A stretch of 38,552 nt of DNA, from assembly GCA_013151235.1 (NCBI GenBank), contig JAADIO010000016.1:62001-100552 (forward strand), given 5' to 3'. The notes beneath the pieces are model-generated. The model had not been told where the DNA came from. It did no database searches and saw nothing but the letters and a program-made list of their open reading frames with translations. Positions 34,008 to 38,552 of the stretch are shown here, piece after piece. Made by a program: the position numbers and the translations under genes. This DNA is from Deltaproteobacteria bacterium (GTDB lineage Bacteria; CG2-30-53-67). The number at the start of each line of letters is the position of its first letter. Positions within the stretch are counted from its first letter, which is position 1.

Positions 34008-35486
34008 ATGCCTGATCAGAAACCGGATTTGCACTCCGAACCGGTGGATGAAGTGGAGTTGATCGACTACATCCATGTTCTTTGCAAACGGAAAAAGCTG
34101 ATTCTTTTTGGGACGATTCTTTGCATGCTGATTGCGGGTGTGCTGAGTTATCGGTCGCCGGATCTTTATCGTGCGACCCTGATTTTCAGGCCCGGCATGA
34201 CCGGTCAGATTATCGACCAGAAAAGAGAAACCGTGGACGATGCGGACGCGATCGTAAGGAGGATCAGAAGCGGCGTCTATGACCGGGGCGTGGTTGAAAA
34301 AATCCACCCAGAAAAGGAAATTGGGAAGATTGCCTGGAAGGTTGGGCACAAGATTAACGACCACCAGATTATCGTCTCCCTCGAAGATCCGGACGGTGGT
34401 TTCGCTGCAAGGGAGTTGGAGGCGCTCTTCTCACAAATTGCGAAGGCCTACGAACCGAAAATCAGCGTTTACAAGGAACTTCTGAAGAACAGGCTCGAAC
34501 GTACGCGAATCAAGATTGAGGGGCTTGATCAGCAAAAGGCTTATTTGAAAGATAAAATCAGGCAGGAAAAACTCGGGCTGAAATTGAAATTGAGCAACTT
34601 GAAAGATGAGCGGACACTCAAAGAAAGATCCATCCCGGCTCGGGAAAGACAAATTGAAGAGAAAAAACGGGCAATTCAGCAGGTACAGGGGAAGATCAAG
34701 ACAGAAGAGGGGAAGATCAAGGTCAAAGAAGGTGATATTGTAACCCGACAGGGGGCGATCCGGGCCATTCAGGAGAAAATAAAGATCCTTGATGCGAAGA
34801 AGAAATCTCTTCTTTCCCGGCTTCCTCAGATCGAGAACAATTCCAAGGATCTTCTGCAGGGCAGGGATTCCCTGGCGGCGAGTCGCAAGGCGAAAAAAGA
34901 CGGTATTTCGTTCCTGTTGTTTTCCGACATTACCCAGAAGTCTATCGAGTATGCCAATAACCTGCGAAACAGCGCACTGAACCTGGATATCCAGAGGACG
35001 GACCTCAAGCAGCAGGTCCGGGTCGAGAATGCCGGCATTGAAAATGTAAGGGTACAGATCGCGAATATAAAGACCGGGATAGAGAACCTGAAACGGAGTA
35101 TAGAGGATATCCAGGGCGGGATTGCCGATATCAGGAACGAAATCAGCAACATCAGGACACAGATCGAAGGAATCGGGAGGCAGGAAAAGAAGATCAAAAA
35201 CGACTTTGAAAAATGGCTTTCCGGCACGCAGAAGGACCTGGCGAAACTTGACGAACAGAAACAGACCTTGACATTGAGCGCCGGGGATCTACATGAGCAA
35301 ATGAAACTGATCTCCCCCTTGCTGCGGATCGAAGGGCCAGTGGTATCGATGAAACCGGTTGGGCCGGAAAGATCTTCCCGGATTCTTCTTGCAGCGGTGG
35401 GAGGGATGACGGCATTGATCTTCCTGGCTTTTTTTCTGGAGTATCTTGCGAGCGTAAAAAAGAGAGAGATCAAGGCGCAGGTTTAA
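34008..35486 (+). CDS. Wzz/polysaccharide co-polymerase-like protein with very long coiled coil
   Basis: DEVELIDYIHVL, TM1, ~290-aa heptad region, PVGP motif, TM2 ending FLAFFLEY. Confidence 0.8.
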   Translation: MPDQKPDLHSEPVDEVELIDYIHVLCKRKKLILFGTILCMLIAGVLSYRSPDLYRATLIFRPGMTGQIIDQKRETVDDADAIVRRIRSGVYDRGVVEKIHPEKEIGKIAWKVGHKINDHQIIVSLEDPDGGFAARELEALFSQIAKAYEPKISVYKELLKNRLERTRIKIEGLDQQKAYLKDKIRQEKLGLKLKLSNLKDERTLKERSIPARERQIEEKKRAIQQVQGKIKTEEGKIKVKEGDIVTRQGAIRAIQEKIKILDAKKKSLLSRLPQIENNSKDLLQGRDSLAASRKAKKDGISFLLFSDITQKSIEYANNLRNSALNLDIQRTDLKQQVRVENAGIENVRVQIANIKTGIENLKRSIEDIQGGIADIRNEISNIRTQIEGIGRQEKKIKNDFEKWLSGTQKDLAKLDEQKQTLTLSAGDLHEQMKLISPLLRIEGPVVSMKPVGPERSSRILLAAVGGMTALIFLAFFLEYLASVKKREIKAQV

Positions 35487-35584
35487 CGCGATCCTTCATC
35501 ATCAGGTACCGGACCGTGGTCTGGTGAAAAACATGAAAATGGTGCCCTGTTCTTCCGGGTGCTTTCGGATCAAGGAGGGGGTGA

Positions 35585-36610
35585 ATGTCTGGGCAGGCGA
35601 CGGAAATACAGGCAAATGCAGATTCTGACGAAATCGAGCTGATCGACTACATTAACGTCCTTTGCCGCAGGAAGACGCTGGTCCTCGGAGGGACCATCCT
35701 GTGTGTTGTTCTTGCCGCGGCGGTAAGCTTCCTGCTTCCCCCGGTCTATCGTGTAGACACTGTCCTTCATATCGGGAAGACGAGCCGTGTTATCGAGAAA
35801 CCGGCGAATCTGCTGGCGAAGATCGAAAACGGTCTCTATGATGGGGCCGTCCGGGATAAAACCGGAATAGATATTCCTGGAGAGTTCCACCGAAAGATCA
35901 AAGCGGAACATTTGAAAAACACCTCGCTTGTCAGAATCTATATCGACTCCGCCCATAAAGTGGAGGCCGCCAAGGTTCTCGCTGCAATGGATGACCTGAT
36001 CCTTGCCGATCATATGCGGATGATCGATGTTGATGAGGCCGTGGTGAAAAGCAGGATCAGGGCCGTGGAGGAAGAGATCGTATCTCTGGAAAAAGAGAAG
36101 GCGCGTATTCAGAAAGATATCGATCTCACAAGAAGAGACAGGGTAGCGTCCGAAAAGGAACTGAAGGAGATCGGGGATCGTATCCGGAGACTCCAAAAGG
36201 AGGAACGGAAGATCAGCCGTAGCTCGGGCAAGGACAAGACTCTTCTCCTTTTGTTATTGAACAGCGAACTGCAATATGATCGTCTTTATTCCAACCGGTT
36301 GCATGATCGGCTTGACAGAGGGATCGAGAAAGACCTGCTGGAGTTCATGACACGATTTAACGTCAACAACAATTCCCTGAATTCGTTAGTTCGGAAAAAA
36401 ACGGAACTGGAATTGCAATTGAAAACCTTCCGGAAGACGAAGATCATTAAGGATGTAACGGTTTCCGAGAATCCGGTCAGTCCGAAAATCAGGCTGAACA
36501 TCCTCCTGACCGGGATAGCCGGTTTGTTCTTTTTTGTCTTTCTCGCCTTTTTCCTGGAGTATTTCAAGAGCGCAAAGGAGAGAGAGAACCTTGCCCATAT
36601 GGGAAATTGA
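35585..36610 (+). CDS. Wzz-like chain-length determinant protein
   Basis: DEIELIDYINVL, TM1, PPVY, PVSPK, TM2 ending FLAFFLEY. Confidence 0.82.
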   Translation: MSGQATEIQANADSDEIELIDYINVLCRRKTLVLGGTILCVVLAAAVSFLLPPVYRVDTVLHIGKTSRVIEKPANLLAKIENGLYDGAVRDKTGIDIPGEFHRKIKAEHLKNTSLVRIYIDSAHKVEAAKVLAAMDDLILADHMRMIDVDEAVVKSRIRAVEEEIVSLEKEKARIQKDIDLTRRDRVASEKELKEIGDRIRRLQKEERKISRSSGKDKTLLLLLLNSELQYDRLYSNRLHDRLDRGIEKDLLEFMTRFNVNNNSLNSLVRKKTELELQLKTFRKTKIIKDVTVSENPVSPKIRLNILLTGIAGLFFFVFLAFFLEYFKSAKERENLAHMGN

Positions 36611-36631
36611 TGCGCCTTTCCCCCGGAGAGT

Positions 36632-36785
36632 CGATGGTGTCGTAAAAAGTCGTTTTCCGGATTCCGTTCATGGTTCGACAGGCTTCCGAGCATGGTGAGC
36701 TTGCCGAACCGCATGCTCGGAAGCTGGTTGAACCACACGAACGGAATATCAATTACTTGCTCCGTTCGCCCTGAGCCGGTCGAAG
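36632..36785. mobile_element. Second, right-truncated copy of the MITE/REP element
   Basis: GATGGTGTCGTAAAAAGTC left end and a body colinear with 14416-14570. Central 17-nt loop is inverted. No right TIR. Confidence 0.75.
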
Positions 36786-36854
36786 AATGATTTTTTTTTG
36801 CATCTGGTCTACGTTAAGATATGCTAATCGTAGCTTAGTGTGTACCGAGATGTC

Positions 36855-37403
36855 ATGCAGCCTATCAAGCAACTGACGGAAATTTTGGAGAACCTGGCGG
36901 ACAGAGAGCATTACCTCTTTTCTCGGAGAGATCTGAGCGCCGTTATTCCCGGCCATCATTCGGTCGCAATGAAGGCAGTGATCGGCCGGGCAGTCAAGAA
37001 CGGTCTGCTCAGGCGCGTCTGCCGCAGTCTGTTTCTCTATCCGAAGGTTGATTATCCTTCCGGTCTTGTCTTGTATCATGCCGCCGCCCGCCTGAGAGCC
37101 GATGAATTTAATTACATCAGCCTGGAATCCGCTTTGAGTGATGCCGCCGTGATTTCACAAATCCCCATGAACTGGATCACGCTGATGTCTTCCGGACGTA
37201 GCTCTATTATCGACTGCGGATCTTTCGGCCATATTGAATTCGTCCATACAAAAAAATCTCCGGATCGTGTGGCCGACCAGGTTGTCTATGATCCCCGCTG
37301 CAGACTGTGGCGTGCATCCGTTGCCTTGGCGCTGCGGGACATGGCGCAGACCAGGCGAAGTACCGACCTGGTAGATTGGGAGGCGGCCCGTGAATTTGTT
37401 TGA
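36855..37403 (+). CDS. Type IV TA antitoxin, AbiEi family
   Basis: GLLRRVCRSLF winged HTH, YISLESALS...ISQIP; overlaps the AbiEii start. Confidence 0.8.
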   Translation: MQPIKQLTEILENLADREHYLFSRRDLSAVIPGHHSVAMKAVIGRAVKNGLLRRVCRSLFLYPKVDYPSGLVLYHAAARLRADEFNYISLESALSDAAVISQIPMNWITLMSSGRSSIIDCGSFGHIEFVHTKKSPDRVADQVVYDPRCRLWRASVALALRDMAQTRRSTDLVDWEAAREFV

Positions 37404-37635
37404 CCTTCTGGTTACCCAGGCCATGAAGCGCTGGGGCAAACTGGCTTCCTTGCGCAGTGTGGTGGAAAAAGAACTGCTGCACCATGACATTCTCCGTGAA
37501 ATGAGTGCTGCAGGTATGCTCAACGATTTGACCTTTATCGGCGGCACATGTCTGCGGGCCTGTTACGGCTCCCATCGTTTGAGTGAGGATCTGGATTTTA
37601 CCGGGGGGGTCGGCTTTCGTTGTGAGACCCTGCGC
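37390..37635 (+). pseudogene. Truncated AbiEii/AbiGii nucleotidyltransferase toxin
   Basis: VEKELLH, FIGGTCLRACYGSHRLSEDLDF. Similarity stops after ~80 aa and the frame runs on through a repeat to 37791. Confidence 0.75.
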
Positions 37636-37660
37636 TGTGACCAGATCCGCTCTCCGGGTT

Positions 37661-37696
37661 CCCCCCCGTTCGACAAAGGGGGGCCAGGGGGGATTC
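37661..37696. repeat. CCCCCC-N-AAAGGGGGG..AGGGGGGATT repeat
   Basis: Same family as 32351-32384 and 15985-16006. Confidence 0.65.
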
Positions 37697-37816
37697 GATC
37701 TTTCTATTTGTGGCGGTTGTTTCTTGTGGAATTGATATCCTGCACATGGTGTGTTATGGTCATAAAGCGAGAAATTATAATATTTCTATGAATGAATTGG
37801 ATTGCGAGGTGGAAAG

Positions 37817-37999
37817 ATGGGGACGATTACAATTCGGAAAAATGAAGATATCCAGGAAATAAGGAACAGGATACTGCATGGTGTCAGGAATGCAAAAGCG
37901 CTTTCCGTGAAGAAATACAGCGGAAGATTGAAGTTAAAGGAAGAACCGTTAGTCTATCAAAAGCGTATTCGGAAAGAGTGGGATGAACATACTCGTTGA
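37817..37999 (+). CDS. Probable antitoxin for the downstream PIN toxin
   Basis: GAGGTGG RBS; KKYSGRLKLKEEPLVYQKRIRKEW tail; overlaps the PIN gene. Confidence 0.65.
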   Translation: MGTITIRKNEDIQEIRNRILHGVRNAKALSVKKYSGRLKLKEEPLVYQKRIRKEWDEHTR

Positions 38000-38348
38000 C
38001 ACCAACATTGCACTCTATTTATTTGGCGGAGATCAACAAATTTCCGGAGTGCTTGATGGCCAAGTGGTCCATGCATCCTTTGTTACGGAACTTGAGTTGC
38101 TTGGATATCCAGGCATTACCATCGAGGAAGAAAAATTGATTCACCATTTTCTGGATGATTGCGTCGTGATTGATCTGAATGGGCAAATTAAGAGCAAAAC
38201 AATAAAACTTCGGCGGCAGTATGGATTAAAACTGCCGGACAGCATTATCGCGGCAACAGCATGCTATTTGGGCATACCTCTTTTCAGCGCCGACATGGAT
38301 TTCCGGGCAGTGAAAGAAATCGACTTGATGGCCTATGAACGAAGTTGA
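37983..38348 (+). CDS. vapC: Type II TA toxin, VapC PIN domain
   Basis: ILVDTNIALY, TELELL, LKLPDSIIAATA, FSAD. Confidence 0.9.
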   Translation: MNILVDTNIALYLFGGDQQISGVLDGQVVHASFVTELELLGYPGITIEEEKLIHHFLDDCVVIDLNGQIKSKTIKLRRQYGLKLPDSIIAATACYLGIPLFSADMDFRAVKEIDLMAYERS

Positions 38349-38415
38349 TTGCATAGTGGTTGTTATTCCATTAGGGTGATTCGGCAGGTTTCCCCTGCAC
38401 GTTAGCTTTTCAAAC

Positions 38416-38475
38416 CCGTTCGCCCTGAGCGGGCCTGTGCTGAGTTTATCGAAGCATCGAAGGGCCTGTCCTGAG
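38416..38475. repeat. Nested REP fragment (CCGTTCGCCCTGAGC...TCGAAGGG family)
   Basis: Matches 14547-14572 and 36762-36785, with a nested CCTGTGCTGAGTTTATCGAAG unit. Confidence 0.65.
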
Positions 38476-38552
38476 ACATAATGGCTGACAGTTGGCAAAA
38501 AAGTGCCTGCCCCTTGCCAACGTGGGTTATGCTGGAAATTATTAACCCCGGC

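Noticed and set aside
2808..35473. Many long antisense or alternate-frame ORFs (e.g. 2808-3686, 7896-8807, 12849-13757, 17131-17985, 29290-30267, 34826-35473)
   Set aside because: They are shadows of well-supported genes in GC-rich DNA and carry no recognisable motifs.

Overview
About 38.5 kb of bacterial chromosome of moderate GC. The gene content suggests an anaerobic or microaerophilic Gram-negative lineage such as Nitrospirota or a deltaproteobacterium; this is inference only. Housekeeping genes are ilvE (partial), an M16 protease, mutY, tRNA-Leu(CAG), panE, trxB and grxC. Between them lie: (i) a promoter, a minimal c-di-GMP-I-like riboswitch and a terminator with no obvious cognate gene; (ii) an Rrf2 / IscS-like / DsrE / TusA / PilZ operon whose IscS homologue has lost the PLP lysine and the substrate arginine but keeps the catalytic-loop cysteine; (iii) a region-2-only ECF sigma with a small partner; (iv) a LysR gene divergent from a tungstate ABC operon with two TupA paralogues, one lacking a signal peptide, plus a porin; (v) an orphan CheR coupled to a membrane histidine kinase with methyl-accepting-like NEEL heptads and a C-terminal MEDS-like domain; (vi) a promoter-bearing duplicate of the tRNA-Leu 3' half split in the T-loop by a structured ~110-nt insert; (vii) MITE/REP repeats, two copies of which carry a central loop in opposite orientations; (viii) five toxin-antitoxin loci and the start of a surface-polysaccharide locus with two Wzz-like genes. 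The ORF track mislabels the strand of 24331..24594 (it is minus) and overextends several starts. All calls come from reading motifs by eye; no database search was run.
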